This document shows, piece after piece, positions 7,887 to 16,936 of a stretch of 32,000 nucleotides of DNA (the stretch's first letter is position 1; each line of letters starts with the position of its first letter). Made by a program: the position numbers and the translations under genes. Origin of the DNA: Candidatus Electrothrix yaqonensis (GTDB taxonomy: Bacteria > Desulfobacterota > Desulfobulbia > Desulfobulbales > Desulfobulbaceae); assembly GCA_047651235.1 (NCBI GenBank), contig CP178758.1, positions 2,370,001 to 2,402,000 of the forward strand. Reading direction: 5' to 3'. Below the pieces are notes generated by a model. It saw only the letters and a list, made by a program, of their open reading frames with translations. It was not told the origin of the DNA and did not search any database.

Positions 7887-8195
7887 ACAACCTCCTCTGT
7901 TTGTTATTTTGATGGACAGCAATGCTGTCTGGACCTCAGGGTCAGTCCCGTAGGTCTTCTGCAGCTTCAGGGACGGAGCAGTGTTTATTCGTCTGTTATT
8001 GTTGTTTACGATTTTTTCTCAGAAGGGACACATAGTAGGGTTTTGTTACCCGCCTGCATTCCGGAGTTTCACTCTATTTCTACAAGATAGACCCGAAACA
8101 GACAACACGCTCCGCAGAAAACGTAACAGCTTTTATACTTTTCCCGCAGGCTGCTGTCAAGACGGAAGGTGAGAAAGTAACAGCTCAGCTGCTGT

Positions 8196-8900
8196 TCAGC
8201 TGCGGATACGACCGGCCCGATACAGGTCCCTGAGGGTATTGATTCCGCCGTATCGGAATTTTTTCAGCAGGTATAAAAAAAGATAGGCTGTCTGCAGAGC
8301 ATCTTCCAGAGCGTCATGGGGTTTAAAGACCGGCAGACCGAATTCCTGGCTCAGAGCATCAAGGGTATAGGAGGATGCCTGATCATGATGGCCGTAATGA
8401 TCGGTTATTCCGCTATCCTGATATCTGCGGGCGAGCCGCATGGTATCGATACTGGGATTGGACAGTATCCCGCTGAAAACTCTGCAGGCTGTTTTATTGA
8501 GGAAATGCATATCCAGACCGACAAAATGGCCCACCAGCAGACTGTCGCTGCAGAATTCGATAAACTGCGGCAGTACTTCTTCTGCCGGAGCTGCCTGTTT
8601 GAGCTGCTCCGGGGTAATCCGATGCACCAGGGTGGCCTTGTTGGGCTGGATATCAGCAGGCCGGATATGCCGGTGAAAGGTCTGATCAAGCTCGATCTGC
8701 AGATTGACAAGCCGGACCGCGCCGATGGAGATGATTTCGTCCTTGCGTCTGTTCAGGCCGGTCAGTTCGGTGTCAAAAACTACAAAGGTATAGCTGTTCA
8801 GCGGACGTCCCTGATCAAAACCGGAAAATAGTTCCCGGTTTTTGCGGAGAGCAGGATGGAGAGGAGAGGGAGAAAAAAAGCGCCGGAAAATATTCAGCAT
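8196..8900 (-). CDS. DEDDh 3'-5' exonuclease (DNA polymerase III epsilon-like domain protein)
   Basis: Exo I is FVVFDTELTGL, Exo II is VGHFVGLDMHFLN and Exo III is HDALEDALQTAYLF. It lies 12 nt downstream of the DUF294 gene. Confidence 0.8.
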   Translation of the reverse strand: MLNIFRRFFSPSPLHPALRKNRELFSGFDQGRPLNSYTFVVFDTELTGLNRRKDEIISIGAVRLVNLQIELDQTFHRHIRPADIQPNKATLVHRITPEQLKQAAPAEEVLPQFIEFCSDSLLVGHFVGLDMHFLNKTACRVFSGILSNPSIDTMRLARRYQDSGITDHYGHHDQASSYTLDALSQEFGLPVFKPHDALEDALQTAYLFLYLLKKFRYGGINTLRDLYRAGRIRS

Positions 8901-8912
8901 ATTGTACTTTGC

Positions 8913-10838
8913 TCAGGCAGCCGGAAACATTGTTTTCAGGACGCCGTGCAGCCGGTCAATGACCTCAAAGGCATCCCGGAGCATCTGTTTTTCCAGCCCT
9001 GAGAGTTTATCCGGAGAAATATGGTTGTCCGGCTGCAGACCCGCCTCAAGCTGGTGGAGCTGATGAATAATCCGGAGCAGCATCTGCATTTCATAGGCAT
9101 CAGCCGCCTCGGCCCAGAGTTCTTCATGGAGAATATTTTCCTGGGCAAGCACATGCAGGCGGGCCAGGGTATTGGTCTCCCGGACGTTGTAGCGCAGGGC
9201 CAGAACCCGGGCAAAATTGACAAAAGGCGTCAGCCCCTGCAGTTTGATATCCAGCTTATTCTTATGTTCACCGTCCTTTTCCACAATGAAATTTCTGAAA
9301 AAGGACAACGGCGTCCTGTTGGCCAGACATTGATTGGCCAGATGCAGCAAATACACTTCCTCCCGCTCCGTGAGGGCGTTCAGATACTGACGCAGTTCAT
9401 CGGCAAGGCAGGCCCTGCCGAATCCGGCCCGGAAATCAAAAAAGATAGCAGCATTCAGTAGTTCCTGCGGATCAGGGGTAGAAACCCAGGCGTCAAAATA
9501 TTTTCTCCAGACAGAAAACGGCTGACACCATTTCGGGTTGACCGCCATGATTTCTCCCGGACAGAGCGGGTAGCCGCATTCCACCAGATGATCAATGGCC
9601 TTGCGGGCAAAGCAGGCAAAATACTCTTCAGCAGCCCGGCGCTGCTGTTCATCTGCCGGGTCTTCGTACAGGATCGCATTATCCTGGTCGGTTTTAAAGG
9701 TCTGCTCCCGCCGCCCCTCGGATCCCAGAAGAAGCCAGCAGTACGGAACCGGCGGTTCCCCCAACTCCATCTCAAGCAGGGTCAGCAGCCGTTCCAGAAT
9801 TTGATCGTTGAGAATGGAAATCATCCGGGAAATATTGCCCGCCTTGGCTCCTTCCTTGATCAGATTGCGGATGATTCCCGGAATCTTTCTGGAAAGCGGA
9901 TACAGCCCGGCAATTGTCCGCTGTTTGCCGATTTCCTTGAACAAGGAATAGGGGGAAATCCCCTGCAGCAGAGCAATGTCATGCGAGGTGACGATTCCTG
10001 TAATCTTTCCACGCCGCTCCACGGCAATATGGTGGATGGAGGAGGACATCATCTTCAGCAGGGCGTCAAAACAAGTTGACTGGGACAGCAGCGTGCAGAC
10101 CGGTGAGGACATGATCCGGGAAACCGGTTCGGTATACGCAAGCCCCGGAGCAAGCACTTTGCCGGTCAGATCCCGGTCCGTGATGATGCCGATAATATTT
10201 TTCGTATCATCAGGTTGGTGAATAAGTAGGGAGCTGATCCGGAATTCAGCCATCTTCTGGGCAGCCTGCTGAATGGTGCTGTCTGCGGGAATTGTCCGCA
10301 GAGGTTTGTTGATGACATCACCGACCTGCATGGAAAACAGATAAAGATTTTCCTCGCCGCGACGGGTCATTTTATGCCTGCGCAGTTCCGCATACGCGTT
10401 GACCACGAATTTTTCCGAGAAACTTTTCAGGTAATACTGGGAAAAGCCGGGCTGCGTATTGATCAGGTCAAGAAAGACAGCTTTGGGCAGGAGAAAGCAA
10501 AAGGTATCTTCGACGGTTTCAACATGCAGAGTGGCTTTGGTGTCCCGGATCAGACCGAGCGCCCCGATATAGTCTCCTTCGCCCCGGTAGTCTTTCAGCG
10601 TAACTTCACCTTCGTCGTCAACGATAAAGGATTTTGCTCCGCCCTGCTGAATAAGATATAGGTGGGTAATTTCGGTTTCACCGGCATGGAGCATCCGGGT
10701 TCCTTTCGGAAAAAAATCCACTTTCACGTGCCGAGCTACCCTGCTGAGGGTCTCGTGATCAAGCTCGTTAAACGGCATGATCTTCGCCAGAAATTCGATG
10801 ACGATCTCCGGCGCCGGTGAATGTACGTCTGCTGTCAT
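8913..10838 (-). CDS. Cyclic-nucleotide-binding / tandem CBS / DUF294 putative nucleotidyltransferase protein
   Basis: The N-terminal cNMP-binding-like beta-roll is FFPKGTRMLHAGE...LYLIQQGG. Two CBS-like segments follow (...IITDRDL..., ...GIVTSHDI...). The nucleotidyltransferase core is LLGSEGRREQTFKTDQDNAILY, followed by a helical substrate-binding-type C-terminus. The length is 641 aa. Confidence 0.8.
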   Translation of the reverse strand: MTADVHSPAPEIVIEFLAKIMPFNELDHETLSRVARHVKVDFFPKGTRMLHAGETEITHLYLIQQGGAKSFIVDDEGEVTLKDYRGEGDYIGALGLIRDTKATLHVETVEDTFCFLLPKAVFLDLINTQPGFSQYYLKSFSEKFVVNAYAELRRHKMTRRGEENLYLFSMQVGDVINKPLRTIPADSTIQQAAQKMAEFRISSLLIHQPDDTKNIIGIITDRDLTGKVLAPGLAYTEPVSRIMSSPVCTLLSQSTCFDALLKMMSSSIHHIAVERRGKITGIVTSHDIALLQGISPYSLFKEIGKQRTIAGLYPLSRKIPGIIRNLIKEGAKAGNISRMISILNDQILERLLTLLEMELGEPPVPYCWLLLGSEGRREQTFKTDQDNAILYEDPADEQQRRAAEEYFACFARKAIDHLVECGYPLCPGEIMAVNPKWCQPFSVWRKYFDAWVSTPDPQELLNAAIFFDFRAGFGRACLADELRQYLNALTEREEVYLLHLANQCLANRTPLSFFRNFIVEKDGEHKNKLDIKLQGLTPFVNFARVLALRYNVRETNTLARLHVLAQENILHEELWAEAADAYEMQMLLRIIHQLHQLEAGLQPDNHISPDKLSGLEKQMLRDAFEVIDRLHGVLKTMFPAA

Positions 10839-10862
10839 AGATGTGTTACAAGGATCTGTTGT

Positions 10863-12308
10863 TCATGTGTGCAGACCGGTTCTCTTCCGGATCAGCATCT
10901 GCAGGAAATTCTGGAATGTTCCGATATTCCTGTACCTGGCGCTCATAGCCCGGCTGACGTTGTTGTAGTTGACCGGAATCTCCACCACTCGCATCCTGTG
11001 ATTGAGCATTTCCAAAATCATTTCCGCAGAAAACTCCGGTCCGGCAGCAGTCAGCCGGGGGCGGACAGCGTCATACGATGTCCGCCAGACCGCCCGGAAT
11101 GTACAGCCGACATCTGTAAAACGCCCTTCAAAACGCCACCAGAGCAGTTCCATGAGTTTGGCAAGAAAAACATTGGCCAGCCGGACAGGACCCTCCAGAT
11201 CAGTCCGCTGCTCCATCATCTGCCGGGTGGTCCGGGTGCCGACAACCATATCCGCCTCTTTCATATAGGCAAGGAGCTTGTCCAGATCCCTAGCCGGAAA
11301 AGCATAATCAGCTTCTGTCAGGATCAGGATATCAGCCTCTGTCCGGTCAAAGGCGTATTTGATTTTTTCTCCGTACAGATCACATCCCCGAGGGCAGCGG
11401 ATGATCTGAATACCATGCCGTTCCCCGATTTGTTCAATCGTATTCTTTTCAGGGACAATGAGATACATATCGTCCAGCTGCTGTACCGCCTTCCTGTACC
11501 GTTCAATTGCAAAGCCCACATTTTCCTCAGTGCCTTCACTGTAGATCAGCAGAGCCTTTCTCTGTCGGCTGAACTGAGAGCTGCGCTCGTAGAATTTGGC
11601 CCGGCTCAGGGAGTCCCGGTCATTAATGTTGACATAGCTGCCGCTCAGCCGAAACGGCAAAACAGTTCTGCCCTCTCGGCACTGCCCGTCGAGGAAGGAA
11701 ACAAATTCAACATATTCTTTTTCAGCTTGTCTGAATTCCTCCTCAAGCAGGGGGAAAATCTCCGGCGAAAAGACAAAGGTGCCGCAACCGAGGATATCGT
11801 TGTCAATCTGCGTCGGTTTTTCAATGAGTTCTGTTATCCTGTCATCCTGAACCCGGACGGCATAGTTTTTCCGGATCAGTTCCCTGTCATCCACCTGTTT
11901 CAACGCACAGACCGCAAACGCCTCCCTGAAATTAACCGCTTTCAGCTGCTGGTGATTGGAATCCACATAGCATTCATCAGAGAGGATTACACAGAAATAA
12001 TCATCAATGATTTCCTGGCCCAGGAGGATTGACCAAGCCAGCCCCTTGTCCAGCTCTGTATTATGGATATAATGCAGCGTGACACCGAGTTGTTCGCCGC
12101 TGCCGAAAGTCTCCCTGATTATCCCGGAAAGATATCCTGTTATGATAACAATCTCGGTTATGCCGAGCTGATCACGCATCAGCTCAATATTCCGCTGCAG
12201 ATTGGGCACACCGTTGATCTGCAGCATGCTTTTGGGCAGCGCCTTGGTGTACGGTCTGGCACGGGTGCCTTTACCGGCCGCCGGGATAAGACCATAAAGT
12301 TTACTCAT
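10863..12308 (-). CDS. Bifunctional sugar-phosphate nucleotidyltransferase / family-2 glycosyltransferase-like protein
   Basis: The N-terminus, LIPAAGKGTRARPYTKALPKSML, is the G-x-G-T-R NTP-transferase signature. The C-terminal half (...ILILTEADYAFPARDLDKLLAYM...VVGTR...FTDVGCTFRA...) resembles a GT-A/GT2 fold. Its start overlaps the stop of the upstream GT2 gene (12305-12308). Confidence 0.7.
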   Translation of the reverse strand: MSKLYGLIPAAGKGTRARPYTKALPKSMLQINGVPNLQRNIELMRDQLGITEIVIITGYLSGIIRETFGSGEQLGVTLHYIHNTELDKGLAWSILLGQEIIDDYFCVILSDECYVDSNHQQLKAVNFREAFAVCALKQVDDRELIRKNYAVRVQDDRITELIEKPTQIDNDILGCGTFVFSPEIFPLLEEEFRQAEKEYVEFVSFLDGQCREGRTVLPFRLSGSYVNINDRDSLSRAKFYERSSQFSRQRKALLIYSEGTEENVGFAIERYRKAVQQLDDMYLIVPEKNTIEQIGERHGIQIIRCPRGCDLYGEKIKYAFDRTEADILILTEADYAFPARDLDKLLAYMKEADMVVGTRTTRQMMEQRTDLEGPVRLANVFLAKLMELLWWRFEGRFTDVGCTFRAVWRTSYDAVRPRLTAAGPEFSAEMILEMLNHRMRVVEIPVNYNNVSRAMSARYRNIGTFQNFLQMLIRKRTGLHT

Positions 12309-13000
12309 GTTTTCTTTTCCGAAGCCGGAATTGTCACGGCATACCAGATCAGCAGGCCGAGATACTTCACTGTTTCGCCAAGATGACGCATTTTGGACTG
12401 CCCGGTTTGTCGGGGACGGAAATCCACCGGGATTTCATGGATGGTTATTCCCTTTTTCGCTAGGCGGGCCGCGACTTCAAGAACATGCTCAAAACCGTTC
12501 CGTTCCATGGGCAGCCCGCTGACAACCTGTCGTCTGAATCCTTTGGAACCGGTGTACAAGTCTGTAACCTGCTGGCGAAAAAGCAGATTAAATGCCCCGG
12601 ATATTATTTTATTGCCCAGCATTTTCATGTATCCCATCCTGTCCCGGTTGCGGTCGTCAAGAAAGCGAGAAGTGTACACAACCTCATGTCGGTCAAGTTC
12701 CTGGACAAGAAGGGGAATCGCCTCAGGAGGATATTCGCAGTCAGCATCAATGATGATAATTTTCCCGGCCCGGGCAGCACGGATGCCGTCCCGCAACGAG
12801 GCCCCGTATCCTTGGTTTGTTTCATGCCGGATAATCGTTACCTCCTTGAAGTTCTCTATAATTTCAAGGGAATTATCCGTAGAGGCATTATCGATAAAAA
12901 TAAGACGGTACTCCGGGCCAAGCGCAGTGACCCGTCTGTGGAATTCATGCAGCCCGTCCTGTTCGTTAAATACCGGGACAATAATATCCGTAATATCCAT
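12305..13000 (-). CDS. Glycosyltransferase family 2 (Dpm1/polyprenyl-phosphate sugar transferase-like)
   Basis: Motifs are IIVPVFNEQDGL, LIFIDNASTDNS, IIIIDADCEYPPE and a C-terminal basic/amphipathic end. The length is 231 aa. Confidence 0.8.
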   Translation of the reverse strand: MDITDIIVPVFNEQDGLHEFHRRVTALGPEYRLIFIDNASTDNSLEIIENFKEVTIIRHETNQGYGASLRDGIRAARAGKIIIIDADCEYPPEAIPLLVQELDRHEVVYTSRFLDDRNRDRMGYMKMLGNKIISGAFNLLFRQQVTDLYTGSKGFRRQVVSGLPMERNGFEHVLEVAARLAKKGITIHEIPVDFRPRQTGQSKMRHLGETVKYLGLLIWYAVTIPASEKKT

Positions 13001-13095
13001 AATGTCAGGTGTATATTTATCCTCTGTCAGCCCACGTTGTCGGTTGCAGTTCTATCCGATATCCTGCCCGGTATCGGCATAATCTGACTGAAGAT

Positions 13096-14064
13096 TCACT
13101 CCGGTTCATTCTTTCGCCCGGTTTGTTTTTTACCGGTTTTGCTTCCTTGGCTTTTCGCCTTGTTCGGGGTCTGGCGGGAAACCGGCTTTGCCGCCTGCCA
13201 CTGTTCTTCGGTCATCATCAGTTCGCCTTTCTCGCGGGAGATGGCCAGCACCTTGCCCTGCAGGGCAAAGACCCGGACCACCCGGTACACTTCCCCCTCA
13301 TAGTTCAGCAGGCGCCCGACACGGGGCATTTCCCGTTTTATCGCCTTGTAGTTCTCCACCTCATAGGTCAGGCAGCAGAGCAGACGGTTGCAGACACCGG
13401 AAATCTTGGCCGGGTTCAGGGGTAGATCCTGGGTTTTTGCCATTTTGATGGAAACAGAATCGAATTTGTGCAGAAATGAGCTGCAGCACAGCTCCCGGCC
13501 GCAGGCCCCGATCCCGCCGGTCATCTTGGTTTCATGGCGCACGCCGATCTGCCGCATTTCCACTCTGGTCCGGAACTCCTGGACCAGGTCTTTGACCAGC
13601 TCCCGAAAATCCACCCGGTGTTCCGCAGTGAAATAAAAGATGACTTTGGAGCCGTTAAAAAAGCGTTCTACCCGCACCAGATGCATGCTCAGGCCATGTT
13701 GTGCAATACGTTTTCTGCAGAAGGCCGCAGCCTGCTGCTCTTGCACCGGCAGATAGGCATATTTTTTCTGTTCCTCGGAAGTGGCCGGACGGATAATGGT
13801 ATAGGAACAGCCGCGTTCCATGTCCGGTTCAACAGGCCCTGCCGCACGACTGACAATGGCCGCAGGCTCAGGACAATGGTCTGTTTCGACCAGCACCACA
13901 TCTCCTCCGGTCAGATCAGCGATATTGCTCCGGGCAGTGAATTCCGGCCCCTGCTCGCGGAAGCGGAGCCGATAATAATACAGCCTGCTCTCTGCCTGGT
14001 TGCCCTTTTTCTGCTGCCCGCTGGAGGCTTCTTTTTCATGTTGCTGTTCTTTTGTTTCAGTCAT
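13096..14064 (-). CDS. PSP1 domain protein (YaaT/RicT-like)
   Basis: The PSP1 C-terminal signature is GACGRELCCSSFLHKFDSVSIKMAKTQDLPLNPAKISGVCNRLLCCLTYE. Its position directly after holB matches the Bacillus holB-yaaT arrangement. Confidence 0.85.
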   Translation of the reverse strand: MTETKEQQHEKEASSGQQKKGNQAESRLYYYRLRFREQGPEFTARSNIADLTGGDVVLVETDHCPEPAAIVSRAAGPVEPDMERGCSYTIIRPATSEEQKKYAYLPVQEQQAAAFCRKRIAQHGLSMHLVRVERFFNGSKVIFYFTAEHRVDFRELVKDLVQEFRTRVEMRQIGVRHETKMTGGIGACGRELCCSSFLHKFDSVSIKMAKTQDLPLNPAKISGVCNRLLCCLTYEVENYKAIKREMPRVGRLLNYEGEVYRVVRVFALQGKVLAISREKGELMMTEEQWQAAKPVSRQTPNKAKSQGSKTGKKQTGRKNEPE

Positions 14065-14149
14065 TATCTATCTTATAATATTTACAAAAAAGAAGCAGAG
14101 ATGTCTGATGTCAACTTGTCGCTCTGTTTTCATCTGCCAAAAGAGGCTG

Positions 14150-15145
14150 TCACCCGCAGAACAGCTCCAGCAGCAGGACTTCGCAGACTAGGGCCCGGTT
14201 GCAGTTCCGCGCCAGTTCCCGGCGGGCGGCGTCAACTGCATCCACCATAGCAGAAAGCTGTTGCAAACTCCAGCGTTCTCTTGCTGCCGGATATGCAGCT
14301 GAATCTGCAGCCGAATCCGCACCTATCTGCTCCTTGGTACAGAGAACAGAGATCATGATTTCTTTAAAATATAAAGCCAGCAGATCAAGAAACTGGTGCA
14401 GGCCGTCTTTCAGCTCAGCCATCTGCCCGGCCAGATAAAGCGCCTCCTCCACGGCCTGAGCCTGCGTCCGGGTCTCCTGGAGCAGGGCACGGATGCATTC
14501 TTTATGCAGCTGCAGCACCTCATCATTATGCAGGGTGTCGGCCAGTCCCGGACAGCCGCCGGTCAGCTCGGCTAGGCTCCGCACCTCTTCCGGGGAAAAA
14601 TCCGGATGATTCCGGCGGATGACCTCGGCGGTCTGTTCCATATTCAGCGGCACAAAGGGGATGACCTGGCACCGGGAAAGAATGGTTTCCAGCAGAGGCT
14701 CCGAGTCTGCCGCCACCAGCAGGAGCAGGTTGTCCGGTGGTGGTTCTTCCAGAATTTTGAGCAGACTGTTGCCTGCCTCCCTGCCCATGGTCTGGACATC
14801 TTCCAGTATCACCACCCGCAAGTCGCCTGCAAAAGGGGGAAAGGACAGGCTTCTTTTCAGCTCCCGGATCTGGTTGATTTTGATCCCGGCCCCGTCCGGT
14901 CGGACAGCAAGGAAATCCGGATGATTACCGGAGGAAAATTTGATACAGTCACTGCAGTGGCCGCAGGATGAGGTGTCCTCTGTTGTCCGGCAGAGCAGGC
15001 GGGCTGCCAGGGCGCGGGCCGCTGTCGCCTTGCCCACCCCTTCCGGGCCGAGAAAAAGATATCCATGCGCCAGACGGTTGCTCTGCAGAGCGCGGCTCAG
15101 CAGCTCCACTGCCTTTGGCTGACCGATAAGCGTTGAAAACGGCAT
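14150..15145 (-). CDS. holB: DNA polymerase III subunit delta'
   Basis: Motifs are RLAHGYLFLGPEGVGKATAARALAARLLC, a Zn-module-like CGHCSDC, LRVVILEDV and LLKILEEPP. The length is 331 aa. Confidence 0.9.
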   Translation of the reverse strand: MPFSTLIGQPKAVELLSRALQSNRLAHGYLFLGPEGVGKATAARALAARLLCRTTEDTSSCGHCSDCIKFSSGNHPDFLAVRPDGAGIKINQIRELKRSLSFPPFAGDLRVVILEDVQTMGREAGNSLLKILEEPPPDNLLLLVAADSEPLLETILSRCQVIPFVPLNMEQTAEVIRRNHPDFSPEEVRSLAELTGGCPGLADTLHNDEVLQLHKECIRALLQETRTQAQAVEEALYLAGQMAELKDGLHQFLDLLALYFKEIMISVLCTKEQIGADSAADSAAYPAARERWSLQQLSAMVDAVDAARRELARNCNRALVCEVLLLELFCG

Positions 15146-15213
15146 GGAGTTTTTCAGTTCTTGCGCAGTTTTTAAAGGGAGTTCAGCAGGTTTGTATTGT
15201 ATATTAACCGGGC

Positions 15214-15242
15214 AGCATACCGAACAGAGAATGGATGGTCAA
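15214..15242 (-). promoter_or_regulatory. Candidate sigma70-type promoter for holB
   Basis: On the minus strand, TTGACC (15242-15237) is followed by a 17-nt spacer and TATGCT (15219-15214), about 70 nt upstream of the holB ATG. This rests on a sequence match only. Confidence 0.3.
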
Positions 15243-15324
15243 CGGATTTGCCCTGCTGTGCTGCAAGCCGCTGCTGGAAAAACGAATACCGTGTAAAAGA
15301 GTAAAAGCTGGATTCAAGTTATAA

Positions 15325-16310
15325 ATGCGAATTAGGAGTTGAAAGCCGGTGTCAGCATCAGCATTGCGGCAGCTAATTTCCCGAAGACATGAACAAGAAG
15401 TCCCTGCGTTGACCTGACCTTTGAAGCAGTCTGTATGCCGGTTTTCTCCTCGATCCAGTTGAATAATGATTCAATCGGCTGCCTGACCTGACTGATTGCT
15501 GTCGACAGAATTTCTTCAGCCATACCGAGCTGTTCTCCTTTTTTCTTTTTTACCGGCGTGTTCAGGGGCGAATCCTGTTCCGCGAGAAGAAATTCCAATG
15601 TTTCACTGGTATAAGCTTTGTCCGCATAAACGGGAGTGTCGTACAGGTCGTCGGCAATTTCTTTCAACATGTTGATATCAGCCTCATTCGCGGCTGTAAT
15701 TCCGATGTAATCAGGCAGGGGAAGCCGGCCGTTCCTCCTGACGGCGAGAACGTGGAGCTTGAGGCCGTAAAAGTACGTTTTCTTTGTTGAATTATATCCT
15801 TTGGCGGCGATTTCACGGGCAACTTTCGCGTTGCCGCTGCGCTGAGCCTTTGCGATCATAATCGGCATGGAGTCGATCAGCCGAATCAATTCCGATCCGT
15901 TCGGCAACGTAAAATCATTCTGTATCCGGGGAAGCAGGTGAGCAAAAACGGAACTCAGGCGGTTCAGCCGCTGAATATATGTCGCATATGCCGGTATATC
16001 CTGAAACCATTCGGATAAGTGATTCCGTGCGTATTTATGAGCAGCTTTAATTTTTCGGTGTCCGTTCATAATCCCCCATAAATAAACAGTTATCAGCTCG
16101 GGATCACTGAATTTCGGACTGCTGTTATTGCTCATTCTTTCGGAATATATAAAGAGTTCGGAGTCGTAACGCTTGGTTACATACAAAAACAGTGCTATAA
16201 GTCTTTCCTGCCAATCCATCTTTTTTTCCTGCGGTCAATGTCGGTAAAGGTGGTGCTTCACCGGCCTATTGTACAGGAATGATGGATTGGCTTTAACTCC
16301 TAATTCGCAT
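15325..16310 (-). mobile_element. IS982-family insertion sequence (986 bp) with terminal inverted repeats and a 5-bp target-site duplication
   Basis: The left end is ATGCGAATTAGGAGTTGAAAGCC (15325-). The reverse complement of the right end is ATGCGAATTAGGAGTTAAAGCC (-16310). The first 16 bp are identical, followed by one indel. The element is flanked by direct TATAA at 15320-15324 and 16311-16315 and contains a single 295-aa transposase ORF. Confidence 0.85.
15332..16219 (-). CDS. IS982-family DDE transposase
   Basis: The 295-aa product has SDPELITVYLWG, IPAYATYIQRLNRL, LIDSMPI, GYNSTKKTYFYGLKLHV, VYADKAYTS and RQPIESLFNWI. These match the conserved blocks I associate with IS982-family transposases. 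Confidence 0.8.
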   Translation of the reverse strand: MDWQERLIALFLYVTKRYDSELFIYSERMSNNSSPKFSDPELITVYLWGIMNGHRKIKAAHKYARNHLSEWFQDIPAYATYIQRLNRLSSVFAHLLPRIQNDFTLPNGSELIRLIDSMPIMIAKAQRSGNAKVAREIAAKGYNSTKKTYFYGLKLHVLAVRRNGRLPLPDYIGITAANEADINMLKEIADDLYDTPVYADKAYTSETLEFLLAEQDSPLNTPVKKKKGEQLGMAEEILSTAISQVRQPIESLFNWIEEKTGIQTASKVRSTQGLLVHVFGKLAAAMLMLTPAFNS

Positions 16311-16402
16311 TATAAGTGCATAACTGTCGCGTCCCGTGTGATAATACACCTGCGAGAAGTTGGCCCTTGTTTCTTGCCCGTGAACGTATAACCGTTCTTT
16401 TA

Positions 16403-16783
16403 TCAGAACATAAACTGCCCGGTTCCAACTGCTCCACCGCCTTGCGCACCGCCATCACCCGCCACATGGCTGCAGGCCGGGGAAATCAGTGGTGCCAGCT
16501 CGTCCCCCAGAACCAAGGCCATTGCCTTGAGCACCAAGCTATCCCGTGCTGTCAAGATTTCCAGTCGTTCATCGGGAAAGCGGATTTCCAGTTGCGAGCT
16601 GAAGCAATAGGAATCGGTCAGAAGAAGATGCTGAAGCCGGGGTTTATCTTCTTCCCAATGCCGCCGCAGATTCCAGACATTGCTGTTGGGTGAATACGCT
16701 TGTCGCTGTTGGCAGAGCCAGGCATAGGCTTGGTCGATGTGAGGATGCAGCTCTCGTTTTATCATGATGGCAGTAGAAATCAT
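16403..16783 (-). pseudogene. N-terminal remnant (126 codons) of a stand-alone bacterial reverse transcriptase
   Basis: The sequence is ...IDQAYAWLCQQRQAYSPNSNVWNLRRHWEEDKPRLQHLLLTDSYCFSSQLEI......LTARDSLVLKAMALVLGDELAPLISPACSHVAGDGG... It matches the pre-finger/RT0-1 region pattern (W-x-LR-x-x-W, Y-x-F-S/P, a-x-D-x-LVLKA, C-x-H-x-x-G-x-GG) of non-intron, non-retron-type RTs of about 320-400 aa. The ORF stops before any palm motifs (no YxDD), 92 bp before the IS982 end. Confidence 0.5.
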
Positions 16784-16936
16784 GAGATCAACCCATCTAC
16801 TTCTGGCTGAAATATTTACCGGCTATGATTGAGCCATTCTTTGCCCAGCGATAAATCACTGGGATCTCTTCGGCAGTCCCTCCGGGACTATAGTTCCCGG
16901 ATATCCCCGCCCTGAAGGGACGCTGTTAAAAATAGA

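Noticed and set aside
16311-16936. The RT remnant interpreted as a group II intron or a classical retron.
   Set aside because: The N-terminal sequence does not follow the group II intron maturase pattern (no ...ENL..A...V..NKG.aGvDg...). I see no GUGYG 5' end or domain V-like helix. It also lacks the retron RT N-terminal pattern and obvious a1/a2 flanking repeats. I therefore report it only as an unclassified stand-alone-type RT fragment.
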